Program-made: the position numbers and the translations under genes | Assembly (NCBI GenBank): GCA_001771275.1 | Contig: METE01000001.1 | Span: 55,158-119,157 of the forward strand | DNA: 64,000 bases | Reading direction: 5' to 3' | Source of the DNA: a candidate division Kazan bacterium RIFCSPLOWO2_01_FULL_48_13 | GTDB taxonomy: Bacteria; Patescibacteriota; Kazan-3B-28; UBA10110 | Notes under the pieces: generated by a model | The model's database searches: none | What the model was told of the DNA's origin: nothing | What the model saw: the letters and a program-made list of their open reading frames with translations, nothing else | Shown: positions 1-9,099 of the stretch, one piece after another | How positions within the stretch are numbered: position 1 is the first letter of the stretch | Layout: each line of letters begins with the position of its first letter

Positions 1-119
1 CAATGGCTATTTTTAAATCCTCCAGTTTCTTCATACTATTTGATTGCTCAGTTGCTGAATTGCTTAATTATGGTTTTACGGATTGCTGAATTGTTGAATT
101 GCTGAATTGTTGAATTATT

Positions 120-1520
120 TTAATATGCTCCCTTGCACATAATCGCCACCCAGACGGTTTTAAATATCAGTTGGATGTCGAGCCATAACGACCAGTGCTC
201 GATGTAATACATATCTAACTTGAGGTACTCGTCAAACGAAGCGTCACTTCTCCCTGACACCTGCCACGGCCCAGTCATCCCCGGCTTAACCAGCAGTCGC
301 TTAAACTGCCGCTGATTGTACTGGGCAACTTCATCCGACAGCGGCGGCCGCGGCCCCACCAGGCTCATCTCCCCGTTTAGAACATTAAACAATTGCGGTA
401 ACTCGTCCAAACTGGTTCGGCGCATAAACCGGCCAAACCGAGTAACCCGAGGATCATCTTTAATTTTAAACAACAAGCCAGATCCTTCGTTCCGTGTTCG
501 CCTTAGCTCCTCCCGCAGCTGTTCCGCCTGCTCACCGCCATATCGGCCACCAGTTGAGAGATGAGTATACATCGATCGGAACTTGTAAAAGTTAAACTCT
601 TTGCCAAACTGCCCCGGCCGTTTCTGAATATACAAAGCGGGGCCAGGCGAACCCAGCCGCACTAAGATGGCAATCAGCCACATGATGGGGGCTAAAACAA
701 TTAGTCCCAACAAAGATAGAACAATATCAAAGGCGCGTTTAATAATCCTCCCCCAACCATCTAAGGGAGTTGGTCGCAGTTCGATCAACGGATGTCCCAT
801 TATTGTGTCGGTTGCCGCGTGAGCAGAATAGAGTTCGGCCAGGCTTGGCACATACCGGAATCGAATACCGTGCCGTTCGCAGAAATTAATTAACGCCAAG
901 TTGCGCTCTAAGGTCAGCCCCACCGCCACGATCACTTCATCGGTACTATGAGCCGGTACCAACTCATTTAGTCGCTCAATGTCTAACTCCCGTTCCGGCA
1001 GCAATCGAACCACCGATAGCTTTCGCAGATAAAACTGCCGCAGCTCCTCGCCAGCGCCGTTTTCGCCAATGATTAGTACTTGGTGCTGGATAACTTTTAG
1101 GCGCTTAAGCCACCGCTGTAATCCCAACAATGCTAACCGGCCGCACCAGACTAAAATAACGGCAAATCCCCAGGCGTAGGCAGCAATCAGGCGGGAGAAG
1201 AAGGCTTCTTTTAGGCCAAACAGGATAATGATAAATATCGCCAAGCTGACAGACACTCCCACGAATGTTCGATTCCAGATTTGTAAGGGGGTGTAATAAG
1301 ATCCGAGACTATACATCCCGGTAAAGGCAAAAATTGCCAGCCAGGCGATTGCCACCGCCAAGGTCAAGTTAAGATAACCCGAGAATGGCATCATATAACC
1401 AGGCTGCGGCGAGAACCAAGCCGCCTCCCTGGCCCAGTAAGCTAAAGAGAACGCCAATAGCACCATCAGAAAATCGATGGGTAGCTGAAGAAAAGTAAAT
1501 AAAAGTTGAAACCTTTTCAC
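120..1520 (-). CDS. Polyprenyl-phosphate sugar phosphotransferase (bacterial sugar transferase, WbaP/CpsE family)
   Basis: C-terminal region (VGPRPPL...[14 protein letters not shown]...[22 protein letters not shown]) matches the bacterial sugar-transferase (Bac_transf) domain. N-terminal TM helices. Start is probably GTG at 1520. Confidence 0.8.
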   Translation of the reverse strand: MKRFQLLFTFLQLPIDFLMVLLAFSLAYWAREAAWFSPQPGYMMPFSGYLNLTLAVAIAWLAIFAFTGMYSLGSYYTPLQIWNRTFVGVSVSLAIFIIILFGLKEAFFSRLIAAYAWGFAVILVWCGRLALLGLQRWLKRLKVIQHQVLIIGENGAGEELRQFYLRKLSVVRLLPERELDIERLNELVPAHSTDEVIVAVGLTLERNLALINFCERHGIRFRYVPSLAELYSAHAATDTIMGHPLIELRPTPLDGWGRIIKRAFDIVLSLLGLIVLAPIMWLIAILVRLGSPGPALYIQKRPGQFGKEFNFYKFRSMYTHLSTGGRYGGEQAEQLREELRRTRNEGSGLLFKIKDDPRVTRFGRFMRRTSLDELPQLFNVLNGEMSLVGPRPPLSDEVAQYNQRQFKRLLVKPGMTGPWQVSGRSDASFDEYLKLDMYYIEHWSLWLDIQLIFKTVWVAIMCKGAY

Positions 1521-1744
1521 AGGTCAGAATTAATCCCGTTAGAGATCACCTAACGGCAACCCCGTTTCGAGCGGTGTAAATATTAACTTTATCAATAATA
1601 TCTCTATCTGTATCTCCTATAGTACTAAGTGTTACGATAGGTTGCCTATCTCTAACGGGATTAAGCGCTGTTTACATTATAGCCGAATGGTCATAACTAA
1701 AAAATCCCTCGCTACGAGAGATTTTTTAGGCTGTCTGCAAGCTA

Positions 1745-2458
1745 TAAGCCGAGTTCTGTCCCATCTCCAGTTCCTGGAACTGGGGATGGGGACGACTATC
1801 TATCTAGGCCTTATGTTGCCATAAGGCTCAAGCGTTGGGATCCCGGTCAGCCCGCCTTAACCCTCGGCGTTAGTAGCTGACATCAGGCCCACCCCAACTT
1901 GCACCGAATAGGGTTTACCGGGACACTTCGCTCACGCGGAGGCCTCGCGGGTAGCATACGGACACAAACTATCAGATTTAAACCTGATTTTCTGCGACAC
2001 TTAGGCTTTACCCCGCAACTTTTCACCTTTCCCCATCCCCAGTTTTGGACACAACCTCAAGAGAATTTTTTATTCTCTTGCGTATCTCCACGATTCCCGA
2101 TCCGTGGGATTTCAGCTTGGTTTCGCGAATCCGAGCATCATTTTGATCTACATGTAGTTCGGCATAAACCAGCCGTCAATCAGCATATTTATGCTTGGTG
2201 GATTGATTATTGCCCCTGCGATGCTCGGACAACCTGCGCTTGAGGTTGTTGGTCTCACCGGTATAATACTTTCCGGTAGATGGGTTGTATAGCATATAAA
2301 CCCAGTGCATAACCTCATTATAGATGTCCAAAACTGGAGATGGGTAGTATTGTCTCTGTGGCACTTTCCCTATCCATCTCCAGTTCCGAAAAACTGGGGA
2401 TGGACGGTTTCTGTTAGAAACTATCCGGGTTAATTTAAGGTGCTCGGACTTTCCTCCC
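1745..2458 (-). ncRNA. rnpB: Probable RNase P RNA (bacterial type A-like) with a large internal insertion
   Basis: Minus strand reads GGGAGGAAAGTCCGAGCACC (P4 5' strand) at 2455-2436 and TAACAGAAACC at about 2410. Further 3' it reads GGGGAAAGGTGAAAAGTTGCGGGGTAAAGCC (P10/11 region) and CGGTAAACCCTATTCGGTGCAAG. GCTTGAGCC...GGCCTAGATAGATAGTCGTCC[hairpin]GGACAGAACTCGGCTTATAG gives P15-P18 and the P4 3' strand. P4 shows covariation (CCGAG/CTCGG versus E. coli CCGGG/CCCGG). The gene is about 700 nt instead of about 380 because of roughly 350 nt inserted between the ACAGAAA element and P10. Confidence 0.5.
2176..2310 (-). pseudogene. GIY-YIG nuclease remnant (about 44 aa, C-terminally truncated) inside the rnpB insertion
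   Basis: The translation MHWVYMLYNPSTGKYYTGETNNLKRRLSEHRR carries the canonical GIY-YIG motif and then stops after about 44 aa. The upstream 50 aa of the 94-aa ORF-track entry is translated rnpB P4 sequence. Confidence 0.45.
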
Positions 2459-2640
2459 ATCCGTCAGCTGACGGACAGGCAGTCGTCCACTTACAAACAG
2501 CTCTGTTAGTATACGCCAAAATCCACGCCAATTCCAGCCCCTTGTCATCCTGGACCGACTGGCCAAGGGCCAAGTTCGGATTCAGGATCCAGGCCTGGAA
2601 TGACAGAATAAAGACGGGGAATATTATTGATTAAATTAGT
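2455..2640. repeat. Mosaic palindromic repeat modules (TCCGTCAGCTGACGGA hairpin; GTCATCCTGG...CAGGATCCAGGCCTGGAATGACA)
   Basis: The same modules recur at about 14.5 kb, 21.9 kb and 19.0 kb. Confidence 0.7.
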
Positions 2641-2661
2641 GTTTTATGCTATAATGAGAGT

Positions 2662-3303
2662 ATGGATGAACCAATCAAACCGTTTTTAATAGCAGTTGCC
2701 GGAGGCACAGGCTCCGGCAAAACTTATATCGCGCGAAAGCTGCAGGCGATCGACCCGGCCCGGATCTCAATAGTTTCCCACGATAACTACTACAAAGACC
2801 GCAGCTCAGTCCCCATTGGTGATCGGAAAAAACTAAACTACGACGAACCAGCCGCTTTGGATAACGATCTATTTATCGAACAGCTGAAACAGCTCAGAAA
2901 GGGCATCGGGGTAGATATGCCGCAGTATGATTTTTCTACTCATACTCGCAGACAAGATACTACCCCCTTCTCCCCCACGCCGATAATTATCATCGAAGGA
3001 ATTCTGATATTGGAGAATGCCGATATCCGCCACCTGTTCGATCTTAAAATATTTATCGATGTTGATGCAGATATTAGATTAGCCAGAAGGTTAGAGAGGG
3101 ATGTCGGCGAACGCGATAGAACTTTCCAAGAATCAATTAATCAATATTTGGTATCCGCTCAACCGATGTACGATCTGTATGTCGAACCGGGCAAAGACTT
3201 TGCGGACCTAATCGTGCAGAACAATGGGACAGAAGCCGAATTAGCCAATGCCATCGTAACCATCGAAGCCAGAGTTCGCGAAGTACTTGGCACTTGCCAA
3301 TAA
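2662..3303 (+). CDS. udk: Uridine kinase
   Basis: P-loop AVAGGTGSGKT, IIIIEGILIL, DVDADIRLARRLERD; uridine kinase/PRK family, 213 aa. Confidence 0.85.
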   Translation: MDEPIKPFLIAVAGGTGSGKTYIARKLQAIDPARISIVSHDNYYKDRSSVPIGDRKKLNYDEPAALDNDLFIEQLKQLRKGIGVDMPQYDFSTHTRRQDTTPFSPTPIIIIEGILILENADIRHLFDLKIFIDVDADIRLARRLERDVGERDRTFQESINQYLVSAQPMYDLYVEPGKDFADLIVQNNGTEAELANAIVTIEARVREVLGTCQ

Positions 3304-3326
3304 TATCGCTAACATCATAGTTGACC

Positions 3327-3402
3327 GGGCGATTAGCTCAGTTGGTAGAGCGTCCCCTTGACGTGGGGAAGGTCAGAGGTTCGAGACCTCTATCGCCCAC
3401 CA
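3327..3402 (+). tRNA. tRNA-Val (anticodon GAC)
   Basis: A cloverleaf was folded by hand. Acceptor GGGCGAT/ATCGCCC, D-arm GCTC/GAGC, anticodon stem TCCCC/GGGGA with loop TTGACGT, T-arm AGAGG-TTCGAGA-CCTCT, encoded CCA. Confidence 0.9.
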
Positions 3403-4529
3403 GAAATTAACACCCGCGTTTGTGGGTAGTAATTTTTGTGTTGACCCGTCCATATAAATTGATTGTTCCTCAGAATCTCTAAAATATTATCCAGGAATCG
3501 TTTGCCAATTTTCATATCCAAATCCGGGTAGAACCGGGGCGAGATCCGAATAACTCCCATCAGCCCAAGCGCCAGGCTAACTGCTTGACGAATTTCTTGA
3601 TCTCCCGATTTCGCGATATACATATCCAAAAACCTTTCGCCCAACTCTTGAAAATAGGGGTTGCCGGTTTCGTGGTATAGCCAAAGATACTGTGCCAACC
3701 ACACGCCCACATCAATTCCTCGATCACCCCATGGTATACGCGAATAATCGATCACCCAAATCGAATTATCCCGCCGAAAGAATAGATTAGCGCCCCAGAA
3801 ATCGCCATGCAGGGCCACCAACCTATCCTGTCGATCTCTCCACTTTCTAATCAGACTCAGCATTAGATCAATGTATTGTCCGTGCTCGTTGGCCGGCAAC
3901 AGCGGATGGTCGTCGGTAAAATCGTGAAGCAGCGTCACTATCAGCTCCGGATGAGTTAGGATACTTCGCAGGCTGTCGTTGTAAACATACCTTCTCCGTT
4001 CAATGTCGGCGGAAGGATATGGTATCTGGTGTATTTTGATTATGTAGTCGACAATTTGCGCCAATTCGGCCACATCCGTTTCATCAACTTTCACCTTCTG
4101 TCTCTTGCCCTGAAGCAACGACCGATAGCTAACGCCATTTGGTTGAAATTCTTGAATTTGATAAATGGCAGTGCCTTCGTTTATCTCAGGAAGCATTACG
4201 GCTTCACCGCTGTTGTTGAGGATTACACCAATAGGTCGAGGCCCCTGATTGGAACGACGGCCCATTCCAGTGCTAACCAGCAAAGAAGTAATTTGTCGTT
4301 CTGGAAATTCAAAGCCCAAATCGTGCGACTTCACCCGTTTCAAAAAGAAACAGCCGCCGTCTTTGGCAGTCAGCTTGAATCCATCCGAATGATACCCACT
4401 TCCGATCTTGTCGATCTGAATTATCTCAACCGCCCGGGACAGTTTCTGAGAGATGAGGGCAGAGATTGTACCAAGATCTACATCCTCCATAGTTGCATCG
4501 TATAATAAAAACCCAGAGTAAGCGACCAC
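3390..4529 (-). CDS. Phosphotransferase-family kinase (APH / choline kinase-like)
   Basis: Catalytic-loop motif HGDFWGANLFF...VIDYSR is typical of the aminoglycoside/homoserine-kinase-II phosphotransferase fold. 379 aa. Confidence 0.55.
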   Translation of the reverse strand: MVAYSGFLLYDATMEDVDLGTISALISQKLSRAVEIIQIDKIGSGYHSDGFKLTAKDGGCFFLKRVKSHDLGFEFPERQITSLLVSTGMGRRSNQGPRPIGVILNNSGEAVMLPEINEGTAIYQIQEFQPNGVSYRSLLQGKRQKVKVDETDVAELAQIVDYIIKIHQIPYPSADIERRRYVYNDSLRSILTHPELIVTLLHDFTDDHPLLPANEHGQYIDLMLSLIRKWRDRQDRLVALHGDFWGANLFFRRDNSIWVIDYSRIPWGDRGIDVGVWLAQYLWLYHETGNPYFQELGERFLDMYIAKSGDQEIRQAVSLALGLMGVIRISPRFYPDLDMKIGKRFLDNILEILRNNQFIWTGQHKNYYPQTRVLISGGR

Positions 4530-5342
4530 GCCTATTGGCAGGGCTATCTCTGCCTAACCCTCCTATTTGACGAGGCGCTTGACACATTCAGGCGCCTTTT
4601 GTAACATAGAGCTTGTCGCTATGGGACAGGCTAAAACCCGTCCTATCGAGATACTACTTTGAAAAATCTGCTTACCCCCACTCAAACTTCCGCTGGAAAT
4701 ATTTGATTCATTCTATCCCTAATAGCCCAGCAAAGGATGGAGGGGTCGGCCTCGCCTTGAGGTCGGTAAGCAGCATGTCATAATGTACAAGTAGCCGTCA
4801 GGAGGCCATTTATGGTGCAGCAGCTGAAGCTTCCTTGTACTCCCCTTGATTGAAAAATTTTGAAGAATAACTTGTTGCCCTTTAGGTCGTCGCCCTACAT
4901 CAGCTCCCAGGTAGCTGGAGCTAAATAACGGCGGCGATCGTCAAGCAACGATTTAACAGGGTTTGCCTCATCGGCGCAGTGGTCTATCACTTTTAGTGAG
5001 GGTCGCCAAATTTTTCTATTCGGTGGCCTCGACTGGCTGGGCGCTGCGAAAAATGCTCCCGCCCGATGGCGCTATAAACCCCAGCAGTTATTTCTAAGGA
5101 ATTCTCATCAAGGGAAACCAGCCCCCCAAAGCTCAGAATCCAAAAATACCACGACCACATCTACTTCTTGCCACAAGAAAAGGACGGACGGTCATTCGTC
5201 ACATCGACGAGGTAATACGGGTTACTGCGCCGCGGGGGGCGCTTTTTTACCCCGTTAGAAATCCGCCCTGTTCTGCTATCGGCAGAACACGGCTTACAAC
5301 CGCCTCAAGGCGGTTTATTTGTAACGGGGTAAATCTGTTAAT

Positions 5343-5515
5343 ATAAAGATACTTGTCCCGTTAGAAATCACTTATCGGGACAATCGCAATAAACCTAAGG
5401 TTAAATATAGACGCTAAGCAGATTTGGAAGAGACTTGTCCCGTTAGAAATCACTTATCGGGACAATCGCAATAAACCTAAGGTTGAATATAGACGCTAAG
5501 CAGATTTCTAACGGG
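5343..5515 (+). promoter_or_regulatory. Tandem duplicated ~84-nt leader element ending ...AGATTTCTAACGGG|ATG at the thrS start
   Basis: Two near-identical units: ACTTGTCCCGTTAGAAATCACTTATCGGGACAATCGCAATAAACCTAAGGTT(A/G)AATATAGACGCTAAGCAGATTT. Each contains the hairpin GTCCCG-N15-CGGGAC and the long-range inverted repeat CCCGTTAGAAATC/GATTTCTAACGGG. Confidence 0.6.
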
Positions 5516-7294
5516 ATGGCTAAAGTACAACGCACTAAGAAAACCGATAAGACAAGTGGACTCTCGACCATCCGACATTCGGCCAGTCACATCATGGCCG
5601 AGGCTATTCTTAATTTATATCCTGAGACCAAGTTGGGATTTGGCCCGGCCACCGAGGACGGTTTTTACTATGATTTTGATTTTAAGACGCCTATCACTGA
5701 CGAAGATCTAACTAAGATCGAAGCCGAGATGATCCAGCTGATCGGCCTTGGCCGCACCTTTGAGCGAAGTGAAAAAACTATTACCGAAGCCCTCAAGTGG
5801 GCCGATAAAAATAATCAATCATATAAGGCAGATCTAATTGGTCGGTTAAAAGAGAGGGGCGAAAAAAAAGTTTCTTTCTACACATCGGGTAAATTTACAG
5901 ATCTATGCGAAGGACCGCATATTAAATCGACTAAGGCGATCGGTGCTTTTAAGCTGCTAAGTTTAGCGGGCGCTTATTGGCATGGCAACGAAAAAAATCC
6001 CCAGCTAACTCGTATCTATGGTACCGCTTTTGCAACTCAAAAAGAATTAGACGAATACTTGGTACTGCTCGAAGAGTCCAAAAAAAGAGATCATCGTAAA
6101 TTAGGAAAGGAACTGGAGCTGTTTGCTTTTGATGATGATGTGGGACCCGGCCTGCCATTGTGGCTGCCCAAAGGCACCGTAATAGTCGAAGAACTGGAAA
6201 AATTGGCTAAAGTTACTGAATCCGCCAATAACTATCTGCGCGTGCGCACCCCGCACATCGCCAAGGAATCGATGTATAGGACATCCGGCCATCTGCCCTA
6301 TTACGAGGATACGATGTATCCGCCGATGGAGATGGAGGGCACCAAGTACTACCTTAAGGCGATGAACTGTCCGCATCACCATAAGATATTTGCGGCTATG
6401 CCCAGGAGCTACCGAGATCTGCCGCTGCGGTTGGCTGAATATGGCACCTGTTATCGCTACGAAAAATCGGGCGAGCTGATGGGTTTAATGCGCGTACGGA
6501 TGCTGTCGATGAACGATGCCCACATCTACTGTACTAAAGTGCAGTTCGCCGCCGAGTTTGAGGCGGTAAACCAGATGTATATAAAATATTTTAAATTGTT
6601 TGGCATCGATAAGTATGTGATGCGCTTCTCCACCCATGATCCAGAAAAATTGGGCCAGAAATATGTGGACGAGCCCAAGCTGTGGCAAGAGACCGAGGCA
6701 TTAGTGAGGAAGGTGCTCAAAGAATCTAAAATCCCGTATGTGGAGGTGCCTAACGAAGCCGCTTTTTACGGCCCCAAGATTGATGTGGAAGTCTGGAACA
6801 CCATCGGCCGCGAATTTACCCTGGCTACCAATCAGGTTGATTTTGCCCAGCCCCGCCGATTTGGCCTTACCTACACCAACGAAAAAGGCGAACCCGAAAT
6901 CCCCTTGTGTATCCACCGGGCGCCCCTGGGCACTCACGAGCGATTTATCGGATTCTTGATCGAACACTATGCTGGCGCGTTTCCATTTTGGTTGGCGCCG
7001 GTACAGGCGATGATCACTCCAATCAGCGACAAACAGAATAAATATGCAACCCAACTACTGCAACGATTAAAAACCGCTGGGGTAAGAGCGGAATTAGATG
7101 ATAGAAATGAATCGTTAGGTCGAAAAATTCGTGACGCAGAGGTCCAAAAAGTCCCGCTGGTATTAGTTATCGGTCCAAAAGAAGTTGAATCAAAATCGGT
7201 CACTCTACGCGACCGAGACAAAGGCGATTTGGGTAGTTTGCCGATCGAAGACGCTATCACACGCCTACAACAGGCGGCTGATCAGGTCCGTTGA
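5516..7294 (+). CDS. thrS: Threonine--tRNA ligase
   Basis: Class II aaRS with TGS/second-additional-domain N-terminus, HRKLGKELELF, YGTCYRYE and an anticodon-binding C-terminus. The ORF track starts at 5483, but its first 11 codons are the upstream repeat, so 5516 (MAKVQR...) is the likely start. Confidence 0.9.
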   Translation: MAKVQRTKKTDKTSGLSTIRHSASHIMAEAILNLYPETKLGFGPATEDGFYYDFDFKTPITDEDLTKIEAEMIQLIGLGRTFERSEKTITEALKWADKNNQSYKADLIGRLKERGEKKVSFYTSGKFTDLCEGPHIKSTKAIGAFKLLSLAGAYWHGNEKNPQLTRIYGTAFATQKELDEYLVLLEESKKRDHRKLGKELELFAFDDDVGPGLPLWLPKGTVIVEELEKLAKVTESANNYLRVRTPHIAKESMYRTSGHLPYYEDTMYPPMEMEGTKYYLKAMNCPHHHKIFAAMPRSYRDLPLRLAEYGTCYRYEKSGELMGLMRVRMLSMNDAHIYCTKVQFAAEFEAVNQMYIKYFKLFGIDKYVMRFSTHDPEKLGQKYVDEPKLWQETEALVRKVLKESKIPYVEVPNEAAFYGPKIDVEVWNTIGREFTLATNQVDFAQPRRFGLTYTNEKGEPEIPLCIHRAPLGTHERFIGFLIEHYAGAFPFWLAPVQAMITPISDKQNKYATQLLQRLKTAGVRAELDDRNESLGRKIRDAEVQKVPLVLVIGPKEVESKSVTLRDRDKGDLGSLPIEDAITRLQQAADQVR

Positions 7295-7790
7295 TCCGGC
7301 CAATGCCTAATTGATGATTACCCTGGCCAACCGCCAAGATCTCTCCTGGCTTGTATCGAGGTACGCCAAAATTGGTTCGGGCCGATGGGGATTGGAACTC
7401 AAAGTCCCTCATCAATCGTTTAATGTCATCAAGATCTAACTGAGATATTCTCGGATCGTCAGACAATCCAAACCGCACCTGGCCATCTTCATCCAGCAGG
7501 TCCGACAAGGCCTGATAGCGCTGCTCCCATGCCCCATAAGCCGTTGAATCGTCACCCGATAGATATTTGGCTGCTTCTACCCGGCAGATTATCTCGCTAA
7601 TCAGATCACCGTCCGGATTTTGGCTGACTGCTGCCTGTCGCTCATAAGCATCAGCTAATCTAACTAAGGTCGGGCCCTTCATCTCCGGCACACCCCGGAT
7701 ATCGTAACTCTTCAGATCCATCCGAATAGCATCAATCTCAGCCGAGATAGCAGCGGCACTCTTAAGTTCATTCTCCATCCTCTCGTTCAT
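7257..7790 (-). CDS. Hypothetical protein
   Basis: 177-aa ORF, acidic, no recognisable motif. Its 3' end overlaps thrS by about 38 nt. Confidence 0.3.
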   Translation of the reverse strand: MNERMENELKSAAAISAEIDAIRMDLKSYDIRGVPEMKGPTLVRLADAYERQAAVSQNPDGDLISEIICRVEAAKYLSGDDSTAYGAWEQRYQALSDLLDEDGQVRFGLSDDPRISQLDLDDIKRLMRDFEFQSPSARTNFGVPRYKPGEILAVGQGNHQLGIGRINGPDQPPVVGV

Positions 7791-7956
7791 AACTTATAAT
7801 GATACTATAAGTTAACCAAATGAAAAAATACGGCGAAGACAATATCGACAAGCATGCTAAGGTCCGGGACAAGAAGGTCGATCGGCGCAATCGGCCAACC
7901 GATAATCGAAGCAGTATTAGATTACTGGAAAAATTATCCTCTCGCCCCAAAGCCAA

Positions 7957-8167
7957 ATAACCCCACTGTCATCCTAAAAACACTCATGCCAATAAAAAAT
8001 ATCAAATATAAAATAAAAAACTACCCCCTCTTGTCATCCTGAAAACACCTTACTGGGCCAAAGGCTCCACTTTGGGGCCGTAGGCTCTATAAAATAACTT
8101 ATTCAGGATCTAGGCCTGGATTCCCAATGTCGAGTTGCCTGCAGCACTCGGCTCTGGAATGACAGGA
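7957..8167. repeat. Mosaic palindromic repeat cluster
   Basis: GTCATCCTGAAAACACCTTACTGGGCCAAAGGC...GGGGCCGTAGGC...ATAACTTATTCAGGATCTAGGCCTGGATTCC...GGAATGACAGG. Confidence 0.7.
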
Positions 8168-8195
8168 AGGGCAGTAGCAAAGTAAAGTAAACTTT

Positions 8196-9098
8196 ATGAA
8201 ATCTAAACCCAAAGCGGTAGTTATCTTAGGACCAACTTCGTCTGGTAAAACCGAGATGTCAATTAAGTTGGCCAAACAATTTAATGGCGTTATTATCTCG
8301 GCCGATTCCCGCCAGTTTTATAAAGGGTTAGATATTGCTACAGCTAAAACCACAAAGGATCAGCAAGGTGGCATCCCCCACTATATGATCGACATCGCCA
8401 CTCCCGAGCAAGATTTTAGCCTTAGCCTATACCAAACTACGGTTTACAATCTACTCAACACCATTAATCGGTGGAATTGGATTAGACCTAAAAAAACCCT
8501 GCCCTTTATTGTTGGTGGCACTGGGTTATATATCCAAGCCATCGTGGACGGCTATCAGTTGCCCCGGGTGGCCCCCAACCCCAAACTGCGAGATGAGCTC
8601 AATCAACTGCCGCTGACAGATTTAATTAAAAAGTTAGAAAAGCTCGATCAAAAATCGACAGTGGATTTTAAAAATAAACGCCGCGTAGTGAGAGCAATCG
8701 AGATATTAACTTCTTCGGGTGAATTTGAGCGAAAAGCTAAGCCACCAGATTTTAATTTTTTACAGATTGGCATTAAAAAAGATCCGGCAGAACTTAACCG
8801 CCGCATTCATCAAAAGATTTTAGCGATGCATGATGCTGGCATCGTTAAAGAAACTAAAGCGCTCATCGATCAAGGAGTGGATTTTAGCCAACCCGCTTTC
8901 TCGGCTTTGGGGTATCATCATCTGCGAGATTATCTTAAGGGTAAACTAACCCTCAAACAAGCTTTAGAAAAAATGGAGTCTGATACTAAAAAATTTGCCA
9001 AGCGGCAGATGACCTGGTTTAAACGCGACCAACGCATCCATTGGATTAGTCGCCTGAGTGAAGCCGAAGAATTAATTAAAACTTTCCTAAAAAGTTAG
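8196..9098 (+). CDS. miaA: tRNA dimethylallyltransferase
   Basis: ILGPTSSGKTEMSIKLA...ISADSRQFYKGLDIATAK; IPP transferase family, 300 aa. Confidence 0.85.
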   Translation: MKSKPKAVVILGPTSSGKTEMSIKLAKQFNGVIISADSRQFYKGLDIATAKTTKDQQGGIPHYMIDIATPEQDFSLSLYQTTVYNLLNTINRWNWIRPKKTLPFIVGGTGLYIQAIVDGYQLPRVAPNPKLRDELNQLPLTDLIKKLEKLDQKSTVDFKNKRRVVRAIEILTSSGEFERKAKPPDFNFLQIGIKKDPAELNRRIHQKILAMHDAGIVKETKALIDQGVDFSQPAFSALGYHHLRDYLKGKLTLKQALEKMESDTKKFAKRQMTWFKRDQRIHWISRLSEAEELIKTFLKS

Positions 9099-9099
9099 G

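Noticed and set aside
1642-2243. ORFs 1642..1824 (+) and 1899..2243 (+)
   Set aside because: Both are antisense to the putative rnpB RNA and its insertion, and have no protein-like features.
4530-5342. tmRNA or SRP RNA in the long thrS-upstream spacer
   Set aside because: I found a GCAGCAGCTGAAGC tract and a GTCAGGAGGCC segment, but no tRNA-like T-arm and acceptor end for tmRNA and no GGAA tetraloop helix for SRP domain IV. The signals are insufficient.
5483-5515. ORF-track start of thrS at 5483 (MNIDAKQISNG...)
   Set aside because: These 11 codons are the translated copy of the upstream repeat unit, which is also present at 5400-5432 outside any ORF. The start at 5516 gives a conventional ThrRS N-terminus.
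5949-7260. Multiple 60-120-aa antisense or out-of-frame ORFs inside thrS
   Set aside because: They lie completely within a well-supported thrS reading frame and have no independent signals.
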